DNA from: Eledone cirrhosa
Lineage: Eukaryota
Reading direction: 5' to 3'
NCBI GenBank assembly: GCA_964016885.1
Contig: OZ024740.1
Location: forward strand, 213,156,001-213,220,000
DNA: 64,000 nt
Under the pieces are notes generated by a model. It was not told the DNA's origin. It ran no database searches and saw only the letters and a program-made list of their open reading frames with translations. The position numbers were made by a program, and so were the translations under genes. This document shows positions 1-15,261 of the stretch, piece by piece; the first letter of the stretch is position 1; each line of letters begins with the position of its first letter.

Positions 1-49
1 TACATGTATGTATATGTGTATATATATATATATATGTATGTATGTATAC

Positions 50-80
<31 letters not shown>

Positions 81-106
81 TATGTATGTATATATATATA
101 TATATA

Positions 107-138
<32 letters not shown>

Positions 139-194
139 AGTATGTATATATATAAGTATGTATATATATATATATGTGTATATATATATATATA

Positions 195-230
<36 letters not shown>

Positions 231-231
231 C

Positions 232-1160
232 AGAGAGATTACAATAATCAAAGTTCAGTTTAAATCATTTATTTGCTTACAATTGTTTCCTCTAAACCGA
301 GGTTTGGATTCTTCGGAGCAACTATTTAGTGATCTATAACATACTTGACCTCCTTTTCAACACAAGAGACATATAAAACATGCACATATTGACCCACAGT
401 GGGATGACATCCATCAAAATGATATAGCATGGCAATTTACATATAAAGGTTAAAGGATAAAAATAAAGATAAAAATAAAAATGAAGCATTGGCAGTCTAT
501 GAAGATAAAGCAAGAGGAAAGTTTAGAGTAGTCAGTGTATGGAAAAATCTCACGTGTAGCATGCACGCGTGTCTTATTTATACAGGATTAGAGTGCGTCA
601 GATTGTTACTTGCAGGGTCAGGCAGTAGAAGCAGGCAATCGATATTATTATGTGGGCTGAATTATTAAATCATTTTTTCGCATGCACCTTAATTGTTTAA
701 CATTCCCAAATGTAGAGAAACACCAAAATATCAAAAATATCAAACATATTATAAACCATATTATATCGTAGGCAAAACAGTACCACTGTCTTCGCGCACA
801 CCACCACTCACATAATCCATGAGACGCAATATATAGAACACGGGTCTATCGTAGAATTCACGATGGTTCAGCATATAACCAAGTTATAAACCGTATCTTG
901 TCGATTCTTAATTAATTAAGAATCGATTTGGGGGAAACAATTGTAAGCAAATAAATGATTTAAGCTGAACTTTGATTATTGTAATCTCTATATAACTGCT
1001 CTGTAAAACAACCGATGTTATTACATTGAGCTATTTATCTTACTGGTAATAAGATAGTAATTAATGACTATCTTTCACTATTTAGGGTTTGTATAAAAAA
1101 TATATAACCATAAAAGGTTTTATTACATACATAACCATAAATAGTATCCTTAATACTATA
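232..1160 (-). mobile_element. Non-autonomous Penelope-like pseudo-LTR with an inverted partial copy, embedded in (TA)n
   Basis: About 57-bp inverted repeat (~234-290 vs ~934-990); 26-bp perfect palindrome at 901-926; on the - strand a TATAAAT box, a hammerhead-like motif and then AATAAA. Confidence 0.55.
273..321 (-). ncRNA. Minimal type-I hammerhead ribozyme-like motif (variant core CCGAAGA)
   Basis: - strand reads TTGCT-CCGAAGA-A-TCCAAACC-TC-GGTTTAGA-G-GAAA-CAATTGTA-AGCAA: stem I TTGCT/AGCAA, a stem II hairpin, palindromic stem III ACAATTGT. Confidence 0.5.
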
Positions 1161-1240
1161 TATATATATATATATGTGTGTGTATATATATATATATGTG
1201 TGTATGTATATATATATGTGTATGTATATATATATATGTG

Positions 1241-1278
<38 letters not shown>

Positions 1279-1309
1279 GTATGTATATATATATATGTAT
1301 ATATATATG

Positions 1310-1394
<85 letters not shown>

Positions 1395-1548
1395 ATGTAT
1401 ATATATATGTATGTATATATATGTGTGTATGTATATATATATATGTGTATGTATATATATATGTGTGTGTACGTATATATATATATGTGTACGTATATAT
1501 ATATGTGTATGTATATATATATATATATATATCTGCATGTATATATGA

Positions 1549-1582
<34 letters not shown>

Positions 1583-2049
1583 CGGGAGTACTCCAAAAAT
1601 GTATTCACACAAACAGCATTCTAATAAAAGTGTATACACTCTTGGGGTACATCCTCTCTCTCTCTCTATATATATATATATATCATTGTTTAACATCCAT
1701 TTATCCACGCTAGCATGGTTAGACGGGTTATCTCGTTTGAGGCAAGTTGGGTCAGGTGATAGAGAACTGTTTCTGGCTTGATTTCTACTGCTAGATGCCT
1801 TTCCTAACACCAACCACATAGTGTGGGCTGGGCGTTTTTTGTTGTGACATTTACACAACCATTTTACAGTGTGGGCTGGAGGCTTCCCTGGATGTATGCT
1901 ACAGCCTGTCCTCATGAGAGGTGTATGGGAAGGTAGGGTGGGTTGGTGCATACTATATATCTATGCTTTAGCTTCAGCCTGTGCCTATGTTAAGGCGAGT
2001 TTTCCGTATTACTGTATTAGGCCAGAGATGTTGGTCCTGTGTTGTCATC

Positions 2050-2720
2050 TTTGAGAGGTGCAATTGAGTGCGGTCAGCTTTTATCACCTTATCTCAAGTC
2101 TTCCTGGATCCCCCCACTCCATGACTTCCATCGACGTTGAGCACTGCACCTTTTTATACAGTTGTCTCCCTTTATACGCATCACAGGTCCATACCAACGC
2201 AGTCTTCTTTCCTGCACACTGCATCTGATTCCTCTTATGCTTAGTTTCTCTCTCAGTTCGTTTATGCTTTGCCGGTTATGTAAGTTACTATTACACATCC
2301 ATCAGAGTATGCAAGCTTCGTTTCTTTTTAATCTATGCAAGTCTTCTGCACACAGTGCCCTGGTCTCACTACCATGTAAACATTGCTGTTCGTATGCACA
2401 CATCATACAGTCTGTCTTTCATTTTGAGGGAAAAGCCTTTTGCAGCTATCAGTGGTAGTAGCTCCTTGAACTTCTTCCATCCCATTTTTTACTCTGGCTA
2501 CTGTACTTTCAGAATACTCACCTCTGTTGTTAATTTGGTCACCCAGGTAGAAGAAGCTGTCTACTGAACCTTCCAGGAATTTGATAGTGCTTGTTTTCTG
2601 TGGTTGTTTGCTGCTTATTGCCCCTACACTGCAGCTACAAGTAAAACCTATATTTTTAGCTAAACTTTCTGAGATCCACTACATCTTGTGTACCCATAGT
2701 TTGCATTTGGGACAGGGTGG
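2050..2720 (-). mobile_element. Decayed RTE-type LINE 3' fragment
   Basis: ORF 2089..2298 contains [26 protein letters not shown], typical of the RTE C-terminus. Confidence 0.75.
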
Positions 2721-2852
2721 AATTTCTACATATATATGTATATGTGTGTGTGTGTGTATACATATACAACTATTTATTACGATAGATTTGATCTATGCAT
2801 TATTGTTTTTTTATATCAAAATTATTGAACTTTATATAGGTGTATATATATA

Positions 2853-4701
<1,849 letters not shown>

Positions 4702-4901
4702 NNNNNNNNNNNNNNNNNNNNNNNNNNNNNNNNNNNNNNNNNNNNNNNNNNNNNNNNNNNNNNNNNNNNNNNNNNNNNNNNNNNNNNNNNNNNNNNNNNN
4801 NNNNNNNNNNNNNNNNNNNNNNNNNNNNNNNNNNNNNNNNNNNNNNNNNNNNNNNNNNNNNNNNNNNNNNNNNNNNNNNNNNNNNNNNNNNNNNNNNNNN
4901 N
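4702..4901. other. Assembly gap (200 N)
   Basis: Run of n characters. Confidence 1.
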
Positions 4902-5724
4902 AGCTCATACTTAGTCGAGAGGAGGTTTGGTGCTGTTTCCAGACTGCACAGTAAGTCTCGCAACCGCTACGTGTAAAGATCTCTGGCTACATCTTACGAA
5001 AATTCAGCCTCACGTCAATGTGTTAGCTAGACTCCATGAAGCTCAAGGGTCCCATTGAAATGAGGTCAAAGTTAAAGTAAGTTGATTTATCCGAAAACTT
5101 GGACATGCTATTGTTACAAAGCAAACTAACAATTTTTTATTTGTAGTTGCCGCCTGACTGGACTGGAAACCATCTACCACAATTCACTTACTCATTTGCT
5201 GTATATATTTTACCACTTACTAATAAATATACCCTCTTATATGGTCATGAAAACCCTCTCCCATGGTCTCTAAGCTCACAAAACGGAGGGTGGGGGGGAC
5301 ATCAGGTTAGGTATCAACATTTATTCTGTCCGTTTCATTAAAGGGAAAATTGGAAAGCTTTGAAATTATGTAATTGCCACTTTCTTCCAGATATGAGCAC
5401 ACTTGGGATAGACAGAGTTGCTCTTGTATAAATGTTCAAAATAGTTGGTATCGTCTGGTGGGAATATAACAAATTCAACTGGTCCTTATTCATAAAAAAG
5501 AACATTTGTGTTCCTTCTTTTTAAATTTATATATTTCCTTTCAAGGAATGTATTTATACTCTCAGCTGCCTGCAATGGTATCTTTGGAATATTGTTAATC
5601 AATTTTTTAGTAATCGACTGATATCAAAATCAGTAGTATATTGAAAAATGGAAAAATAGGGGGGCGTTTCGTGATTTCGAGGGGCAAAAGGGGGCGTTTA
5701 GCCTAAATGGGTTGAGAACCTGTG
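4902..5724 (+). mobile_element. hAT (Charlie/Buster-type) DNA transposon 3' end
   Basis: Frameshifted C-terminus SYLVER..FGAVSRLHSKSRNR..LHLTKIQPHVNVLARLHEAQGSH*; terminal GGTTGAGAACCTGTG followed by CTTTAGAC (NNNTANNN-type target). Confidence 0.7.
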
Positions 5725-6144
5725 CTTTAGACAAAGCTATATTGTTCCTTAGTATTTTATTGGAGGGTGATTGTAATTTTCCTTTTAAGTATAACTAAAC
5801 AGTATAAGTATAAACTAAACAGCACATTAATATAAATAATGGGTGTACATAAAGGAGGAATATATATACAAAAATATACAAATTATACATAAAAGGGTAT
5901 AAACATATCCACATAACTGATTTATACACCCATTTCCCCTTGTGCGTGTGTGTGTGTCACGTAATTTAAGAGGTCGATAAAACAAGTATGGGACTTGAAT
6001 AAACACACTACAATTCAGGATTTACTGTAACTGTACCCCCCCCCCCCCCCTCCAAATTAAGATAAGTAATGAAATAAAAACAATAAAACTAATGATATTC
6101 TGTATCAGCAAATAGTGATAGGACGAGTTTAAATAATGATTTAT

Positions 6145-6480
6145 AATATAGGCACAAGGCTAGTAATTTGGAGGGAGGGGACAGTCGATTAAATCGACCC
6201 CCAGTACGTTACTGGTACTTTATTTTATCGACACCGTAAGGATGAAAGGCAAAGTTAACCTCGGCGGGATTTGAACTCAGACCTTAAAGGGCTGTAACTC
6301 TATGCTGCAAAACATGGTGCCTGGCTCTCTACCGATACTGCCAATCCACCGCCGTGACGAGTTTAAATAATTGTTTCTACTTTTGGCACAAGGCCAGCAA
6401 TTACCCAGTGCATTACTGGTACTTTATTTTATCGACCCCGTAAGGATGAAAGGCAAAGTTAATCTCGGCGGGATTTGAAT
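6145..6480 (-). mobile_element. Two tandem tRNA-derived SINEs (family A)
   Basis: Core TACTGGTACTTTATTTTATCGACCCCGTAAGGATGAAAGGCAAAGTTAACCTCGGCGGGATTTGAACTC recurs many times in the window; A/B boxes on the - strand. Confidence 0.85.
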
Positions 6481-7139
6481 TTAAATAATGGAATATATTT
6501 TGTACCTTGGGCAAGAGAAGTAGAATATTTGAAGTAGAATTGAAGTGTAAACCAAAACAAACATTTAATTTCGTTTCACACCAAAATCATGTCTAATTGA
6601 GTCCTTCCTATTTTGTTTAATGATCAGGTATAATATTTCAGGTGTTTAATAATAATGATAATGGAAATTATTGTGTACAGTGCTCAGGTGCACTAAAACT
6701 TATCAAAGAATAATGTACAACTCATCATAGAATAATGTACAAATGTCAGGAAAATGAACAGTGTATGAGTCTTAACATATACATTGATACTTGCACGCGT
6801 GTGTTCAGAGTGAGGATAGCAGGTGTAGTGTTGGCGAATTTCGGGAAGCATGGAAGTTTTGAAGGATGCAGTGTCCCGATAGCTAACAACAAGCAGATCA
6901 AATTACCATGTAGAGGTTACTTCATCGTGAGGTGGAGTTTAATGTTTAGGTAAATATAAAATTAGATTTTAAAAATTCAAACCTAAAAACCAAAAATAAA
7001 GCTAAAATATGTTAATCTGGTTACATTTCTCAAAGGTTTTGTTATATATTTCCTTTCTTCTCCAAATGAACTGTGGCATGTAGAATAAAGGGTGTTGTCC
7101 CAATAAAACACACTGAAACGCCTACAGTTGATTTGAACT

Positions 7140-7715
7140 GATCAATGAAATGTTAATCCTATACAATATCCTCGAGAGTCTTAGCACAACTAATTTGGGA
7201 AAGAGTCAAATTAGATGAGATGAAGCTCGGTTTTGTGACAGGGAGAAGTGGTACAGATACGTTCTTCTTAGTAGGACAACTACAAGAGCTGGCTGTAAGA
7301 TGTGCAGTGAGGCATGGGCAATGAATGCTCAATATTTGCCAAGACTGGAAAGAAATGAAACAAGCATGCTTTGATGGATGTGCAATGTTAGTATACGTGA
7401 GAAGCAAAGCATAGATGAGCTGAGAAAGACGCTGGATATAAGAGGAATTAGATGTAGTGTGCAATACAGAAGACTGCACTGGTATGGACATGTGATGCGT
7501 ATGGATGATGAACGTTGGATGAAGAAGTCCCTAGAAATCCAGTGGAAGGAAGCAGTGGTAGAGGAAGATCATGGAATACCTGGACAGAGATTGTCAGAGC
7601 TAATCTCACAAAGTAAATGGCGAAGGACCAAAACGATCAGAGAGATGCTGTGCTGAAAAGATCTCGTCCAAACCATGCAAGCATGGAAAAGCTGATGTAA
7701 AACGATGGTGATGAT
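7140..7715 (+). mobile_element. Decayed RTE LINE fragment with (GAT)n-like tail
   Basis: ORF 7378..7656 contains IDELRKTLDIRGIRCSVQYRRLHWYGHVMRM. Confidence 0.75.
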
Positions 7716-7740
7716 TCTGTCTCTAGAAATATCAATCTAA

Positions 7741-8208
7741 CAATACATGACCTACACTCCATAGTCCTACTCAGTACATTACCTACACTCCATAGTCCTA
7801 CTCAATACATTACCTACACTCCATAGTCCTACTCAATAAATTACCTACACTCCATAGGCTTACTTAGTACATTACCTACACTCCATAGTCTTACTCAATA
7901 CATTACCTACACTCCATAGTCTTACTCAATACATTTCCTACACTCCATAGTCTTACTCAATACATTACTTACACTCCAGTCTTACTCAATACACTACCTA
8001 CACTCCATAGTCCTACTCAATCCATTACCTACACTCCATAGTCCTACTCAATACATTACCTACACTCCATAGTCCTACTCAATACATTTCCTACACTCCA
8101 GTCTTACTCAATAGCCTTACTCAATAGTCCTACTCAATACTTTACCTACACTCCATAGTCTTACTCAATACATTATCTACACTCCATAGTCCTACTCAAT
8201 ACGTTACC
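7741..8208. repeat. 31-bp minisatellite, about 15 units
   Basis: Head-to-tail unit CATTACCTACACTCCATAGTC(C/T)TACTCAATA. Confidence 0.95.
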
Positions 8209-8228
8209 ACAAAATCATTAATATCAAT

Positions 8229-8760
8229 GTGGAGGTGTGTGACCCAGTAGTAAGGCTGTTGGACTTACTATCATATTGTCGTGAGTTCGATTCCTGGACT
8301 GGGTTGTATGTTTTGTTCTTGAGCAAAACACTTCATTTCATGTTACTCCAGTATACGAGTTAAAAATGAGTACCAGCAATAGCTGGGGTGAGGTTAACTC
8401 TGCAATGGACTGGCATCCTTTCCAGAGTAAGGGTTTTGTATTCTTAGTCGCTTCACTCCATCGAAACTAGAATAAGCACCAGCCTGATGAACCTGATGAT
8501 CCTCCTGTCTCGAGACAAACTTTAGACTTTATATTTACATCAACTGCAGCTGCAATAAATTTAAGATGAGCACTAAGTCTGTGATCATCAATATTTGAAG
8601 GAATTTTCAATATTTTTCTAAAAGCTTGTATGTGAAGGCATGTTGCTTAGTGGTTAGAGAATTGTATTCACAATCGTGGGGTTATGAGTTTAGTTCCTGG
8701 ACTGGGTGATGTGTTATATCCTTGAACAAGACACTTTACTTCATGATGCTCTTTCTGCCA
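8229..8760 (+). mobile_element. tRNA-derived SINE family B: one full copy (8229-~8530) and one 5' part (~8632-8760)
   Basis: tRNA-like head with B-box GTTCGATTCC, then CTTGAGCAAAACACTTCATTTCA core; homologous to 16911-17182 and 9490-9750. Confidence 0.8.
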
Positions 8761-8927
8761 AGAGTTGTAACTGGTAGATAGTATCAGCAATGGAAAGACC
8801 AATGGAAACATATTTTCCCAGGTGCCATTAGACAAGTTCCATACCTCTCAGTAAGTGAGTGACGTCTGGGATCTTGTCAATCTATTTTCCCTTAAGTATG
8901 TTTTTTTTATACTAATACCAGCTTTAA

Positions 8928-9144
8928 CCCTTTAGCATTTAAACTGACCATATCCAGCCAGAATTCTCTCACCTCTTGCTGTTCAAACTGGTCATAACCG
9001 GCCACTCATACTGACATTAAGGTATTGTTCTCAAAATAAATAACATCAAAAACTTGTAGATTCGGTATTATGTGAGATAATTATGTAACACATAATTATT
9101 TACCACAAAAATACAATATATAGAGTAATGTAAATGCTAAACAA
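8928..9144. mobile_element. piggyBac-type MITE
   Basis: TTAA|CCCTTTAGCATTT ... AAATGCTAAA(caa)|TTAA; same family as the copies at 51779, 54418 and 62122. Confidence 0.7.
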
Positions 9145-9489
9145 TTAAACTGCAACATGCTAAAACCTTTACATGTAATAATATTTAAAATGTATATCAC
9201 GAGTGGATTCTTATATGAACAATATTTAATAAATGTTTTGGTATAATATACTCTTGGCACTTAAATTATCGTCCCCACATCCCACTTATTCATTTTTCAA
9301 CTGTATATCTCTCAGTATGGGTGTGTATGTGTGTATGTATGTATATGTGTGTATGTATATGTGTGTGTGTATGTATGTGTGCTTGTGTGTATATGTGTAT
9401 GTGTGTGTATGTATGTGCGTGTGTATATGTGTGTGTGTATGTATGTGTATGTGTGCGTGTGTGTGTATGTATATGTGTGTGTCTAAAAA

Positions 9490-9750
9490 AAGTCTAAAGT
9501 CTGTTTTAAGCCAGAAAGCGCTTATCCCGGTTTCATGGCGTGAAGCGACAGAGAGTATAAGACCTCCCCCTGGACAGGACGCCAGTCCATCGCAGAGTTA
9601 AACCTCCAGCTATTGCTGGTACTCATTTTCAGCTAAGTATTCTAACTAACAACGTGAAATGAAGTGTTTTGCTCAAGAACACCACACTCAACCCAGGAAT
9701 TGAACCCACGACGTTATGATCACCCTTACCACTAGGCCACGTGCCTCTAC
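9490..9750 (-). mobile_element. tRNA-derived SINE family B
   Basis: Reverse complement of the 8229 family (GAGGCACGTGGCCTAGTGGTAAGG head). Confidence 0.8.
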
Positions 9751-11640
9751 ATATGTGTGTATATGTATGTATATATGTGTGTATATGTGTGTATATATGT
9801 GTATGTGTATGTATGGGTGTGTATGTGTGTATGTATGTGTATGTATGTGTATGTATATGTGTGTATATATTTGTGTGTATATATGTGTGTATATATGTGT
9901 GTGTGTGTATATGTGTGTGTTTGTATATATATATATGTGTGTGTATATGTGTATGTATGTGTGTTTAAACTCGTACTTATCCAGTGCTATTTTCCCACAT
10001 CTACACACCCAGATGAAAAAATCAATGAATTATATGACAACATTCAGGCCATTATAGATAAAACTTCAAAGAGAGATCACCTCTTTCTGATGGGTGACTT
10101 TAACTGCAAAATTGGGCAACTGAACGAATTATCCCCATCAAGTACTGGGAAATATACCACAAGTACATTTAACTCGAGAGGTGAGCTTCTAGCCGAATTT
10201 TGTACGAGGAACAATCTGCAGATCACCAACACAATATTTCAAAAGAAAAACCTGTTCACTTGGATATCACTAGACAATATTTCTAAGAATCAAATAGACT
10301 TTATAATAGCAAGAAAATCTTCAGCAAGACTAAGCATATTAGCACTGCTCTTAACACTCTTGATATATCTGACCATCGTATGGTGCGCGCGAGATTTCGC
10401 ATCAACTTTGTTTGGCCATAAAGAACTAAAATACCATCGAAAGTTAACTTAGACAAACTCTCGTGTTACGAAACAGCAAGCCGATTTAAACTCGAGTTGC
10501 AAAACTGCTTTTCAGCCTTGCAATCTGATGAAGACCCCAACAAGATTTATGATACTATCTACAGAGGCATAAAAGAGGTATCTGAAGAGATTTTAGCTAA
10601 GGAAAGCCTTTCCTTTCCACAATGGATGTCACAACAAACAAAGAAAGCAATATCTGAAAACATAGAATCAGAAATAATGTGGCCACACATCAGCCCAATA
10701 TAGAACAGCAAAGGCTGAATCCAAAAAACTCGTTAAATCAGACAAACTTAAGGAAATGTACAACATTGAGGAGCTGAATAACCTACCATCCAACAGGTTA
10801 TATCATGCTGTTCTGCAGAAACTAAAGACTAAACCAAGAAATCTTAGCTGGGGCATTAAAGATTCGAACAATACTATCTTTACTTCCAAAGATGATATCC
10901 TTGAACGCCGGGCTAAATTCTATGAATAACTGTACTTCAGCAACCCAGAACCAACAACCATTCAGGATTCGACATCAGATGCCATTCCATCTATCTTAGC
11001 GAGATATCTCATGCCATCAAAAATTTGAAGCGAGGAAAAAGCCCTGGACTGGACAACATATACTCAGAATTCATCAAAGCTGGAGGTGAACCAATTATCA
11101 AAGCACTTCAACATCTCTTTAACTGTATTATCATTACAGGAAAAGGCCCAGACATGTTCAAAAAGGGTAACAGACTTGATTGTGGGAACTATCGTCCTAT
11201 CAGCCTACTGAGTCATGTTTACAAGATTTTCATGAGTATCATTGCAGCACGAGTGAAGTCAGACCTTTACGCCTCTTTTCCTGAAACACAAGCTGCATAT
11301 CAACCTGGAAGAGGCACCATTGAGCAGATCCTAACTATTGAATAAATCATTGAGAAATCAATAGAATTCAACAACCCTGTGCACATCACCTTCATTGACT
11401 TCACAAAAGCTTTTGACAACGTGAAACTACCCAGCTTGTGGCAACTCTTAAACAGGACCTCAGTTAACAAAAAATACATCAAACTACTGAAAGAAACTTA
11501 CACTAACTCAACAGCATATATCAAAACAAATTTGGGAACTACACGGTGTATAGACATCTTGAAGGGAGTTGAGAAGGGGGGGTGTACTATCAGCAATTCT
11601 TTTCTGTATAACATGTACGTATGTATACATATGTATGTAT

Positions 11641-14600
11641 GTTCTTCTGGTTTTATAATTACACAAATTTTTGCCAATAGAGAGAGAGTCGGTTTCTAAC
11701 ATAGATTCAAGGCTCTCTCATTGGAATTTACACAAAAACTAGGTAGATATGTATGCATGTCTGCATGCATGCCTGTGTAGATATGGATGCCATTGTATGT
11801 GTGGATGTGGATGTTTTGAGTTGTATGAGTGCATGTGTAAATGCTTTGTATCTGTACATGTGTATATGCAGTTATTAGATGCAACATTTTTGGAATGTTT
11901 TACATATTTTTACTGTTCCATTAATGTATTGTACTTGTAATTTCCTAACTAGTTGTGTTCTTTCTGTTCCTGTGAAGCCTAGCTTCTCAAGATTTGTATT
12001 GAGGCAGTTACTAACATACCCCAGAGCCCCAGTAATCGCAGGCATAAATCTGAAGGTATAACCAGGGTGGAGTATCTGCAGGATGGAGTATCTGGAGCTT
12101 CCTGGCAACATATCCATGCATGATTTTTTGCTGATAAGCATGCAGTTTTTCATTCATGGATTCACTGCGATATTGCTGAGCGACATCCCTGGGTGTGAGT
12201 TTTTGATTATCACACAGGGAATATCTCTCGAGGAGTTCCTTCCCAACTCTCATGATGTTATCTGTTTCATGCAGATAGACTTGCTCGAGACACGGGCTCC
12301 TACGCTTCGAGGTTCGTAAATGTTGTCGGAGGGATATGATGCGACATTCAAATGCTGTCTGCACTGATGTTAGGCCTCTGCCTCCCTGCTTACGTTTAAA
12401 GTAAAGGCCGTCTATGTCACTGTTGATGTGGAAGTTTCCGGTGTTGTTTAGTATTTTTCGAGTTCCAACATCAACTGCTCGGATTTCGTCTATCGTCCAA
12501 TTGAGTATTCCAAACGTTGGTGTTAGGACAGGCACAGCAAATACATTGTGAGCCACTGTTTTGTTTTGCGCAGAGTTCCGATGACCATATTTTTATTAAT
12601 CGGGTGTAGTATTCCCTGGTTACGCGTTCCTTATTACAGATACCATTATAGGATATGTTCTCATCTATTCCCAGGTATCTGTAGCAGTCCTCATCAGATA
12701 TCGGTGAAACAGTTAGGCCATTGATGACAATGTTGCTAGATTGGGTTGTTGTTTTTCCCCGCTTTACAGTCCTATATGAACATTTATCTTGGCCAAACTC
12801 TATTCCTATATCCTTTGAGAACGTTGTAACCAGGTCAAGATTTTTCTTCATCCCATCCATGTTTTTGGCATAGAGTTTCAGATCATCCACAAAGAAATTA
12901 TGGGTTCGGTTCTTATTTCTGTCCTGTGAGCCAATGATGTATCCTTCACATTTCTTGAGCAGAAAGGACAAGGGGTTTAATGAAAGGATGAATGATATCA
13001 CAGAGAGACTGTCCCCCTGAAATATACCCCTGCGATATTTTATTTTATCAGTGAAAATAGAGTCCTCCTTCTCTGTCTTTAACTTTAGGATAGTAGCCCA
13101 AGAAGAAGACAGCCTCTCTATGGCCCTGACAATAATGTCTGAGACTTTAGCAATTTGGAGGGCCTCTATCATCCAAGAGTGGGGAACAGAATCGAAAGCT
13201 TTCCTGTAGCCATATTCCTCCTAAGTTGTCGCACCTTCGACATCGCAGTTTTGTTAATTAGGAGTTGTTCAGCACATCCCCAAACCCCTTTATTTCCAGC
13301 TGCTTGTTCATCTGTGATGATGTTATTATTTTCACAGTGATCTTGGAGGAATAGATTCAGGCAGGCTGTATAAATCTTATACATCAGGTTCTGATATGCA
13401 ATGGGTCGGTAGTTTTTTGCCAAGTGGGTATCTTTGTTCTTGTGGACCAGTAATGTTTGTGCTAATGTCAACCATTCTGGTATAAGTGTATCTCCCTTAA
13501 GAACTTGTTGGTAAGATACCTCCGATAGAATATCAGTTTTGTGTACCAGTAGCCGACAGTCATGTCTCTTCCCTGTGTTTTCTTATCTTGGAGTTTTCCT
13601 ATCACAGTCTCAAGGGTACTCTCACTTATGTCGTATGTTTTTGTTGCAGTGTAGGAGCAATAGTTCTTTCGCATTTCTTTTAGCCACACTGCATCTTGGT
13701 TGAAATTCTTCTTTTCACCCCATATTTTGCTCCAAAAGAAATCTGTCTTTCTCGGATGGGGCTTCAGTGACACTTATTATTTTGCCCTTCATATCTCTGT
13801 AGACTGATGTTTGGTTTCGTCTGAATCTTTTATTAAGCACTTTTCTCTCATCTACCTTCTTCAGGTATCGGCGTTTTTCGCTAACAGCTCTCAATTCTTG
13901 TTTGAGCGTGATCATCTTATATTGAAGAGTTCTGGTTCTACTGTTACCAAACAACGTCTCTATTTTATTTTTCACTCTTTGTTGGTGAGGAGTGAGGTTT
14001 TTTTGTGTTTGTTTGGATGTAAGGAGCATTATTACATATCCAATGGTTTTTCGTAGGTCAGTAATCTTTTTTTCTATTTTAGTTATATATGATGATATTT
14101 TTGGTGGTGTTTTGTTCTTGTTAATATCTCTGCTATCACCAAGATAATGTTTCACTGTCGTTGCTAAAATGTTGGGGGTTTTATCAGTCGTAAATATTCA
14201 TCCCCTATTTCGTCAATAACACATAATATTTCATTATTTGGCTTTTTATTAAATATTGTCGTTTTAATACGTTCAGCAACAGAAATGTTTATACATGAAT
14301 TAATTTCTCTCTAGAAGATTTCGTTGAGGGAAATTTTCAATTGTTTATACTTTTGATTATTATCATTATCGATAGTATTCTCCACAATAGTCGAGGTAGA
14401 CTCGGATGGTACACGTGGTGTCAAATTTCTTCGATTATTATTATTATCGATAGTGTTTTCCCCAGCATTCGAGGTAGACTTAGATGGTACACGTGGTGTT
14501 AAATTTCTTAGATTATTATTATTATTTCTTCGATTATTATTTTTATCGATAGTATTTTTCATAATACTTGAGGTAGACTTAGAGGGTTCACGTAGTATCA

Positions 14601-15222
14601 AACTTCTTACAGGCATAGTTGTTTCAAAGCACTGTTCGACCTGGCTGCTAGGAAGTCTAGTAGCATGGCGACCTGTAGCACATGTTGATTCCATGTTTGT
14701 TGTGTGAGACTTACAATTAATAATATTTATCTTATTTTTACGTTCAACATTGGCGTAATTGTTTCGCTGTGAAGTGATTTAGCTCTGGGTGTATTTCGTC
14801 CCAGTGTAGCTTCATTTTGTTCAATGGAAGATTTGTTTTTTGTCATTTTATAGCAATTAAATAACTCATCACTAAGTTCGAAACTCCAAGAGAAATGCGA
14901 TTTATAATTTTCTGTAGCTACAACTGAATAAATTTTGTTTACCTTTCTCGTTTTTCTTCGGTACTCCACTGATGTTGTTGTTGTTGATGTTGTGTTCAGC
15001 CATGCTGTTTGTAGCAAATCCTTGTAAAATGAATTATGTATTTAGTCGGATATCTCTACGAATTCGAATAAAAGGTGTCTTCAGAAGATATAGTTAGAAG
15101 AATATCCAGTTATTCAACATGACTGGCAGTTGTGGCATTACTGTCGGAGATAGTATTCATCTTAAATTTAATGAATCGTCTCCCATACCAAAATATGCGA
15201 CTGATCGCGTTGACTGACTATT
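11641..15222 (-). mobile_element. R4/Dong-like RLE non-LTR retrotransposon, near full-length but internally deleted
   Basis: RT motifs NYRPIA, EQAAG..GCAEQLLIN, KAFDSVPH, GIFQGDSLS, FVDDLKLY, EFGQDKC; same family as 18310-20848. Confidence 0.85.
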
Positions 15223-15261
15223 GTGTGTATATGTATGTATGTATGTACGTATGTGTGTATG

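Noticed and set aside
7741-8208. CRISPR-like periodicity
   Set aside because: Units are contiguous with no unique spacers; eukaryotic context and no cas genes.
8229-8300. tRNA gene candidates (also 16911, 9690-9750, 52720-52790)
   Set aside because: Degenerate tRNA-like heads continue into shared SINE bodies; no intact cloverleaf.
8480-8500. CTGATGA motifs as hammerheads (also ~17158 and ~62040)
   Set aside because: No properly placed stem II, GAAA or stem I; the first two are SINE tail sequence.
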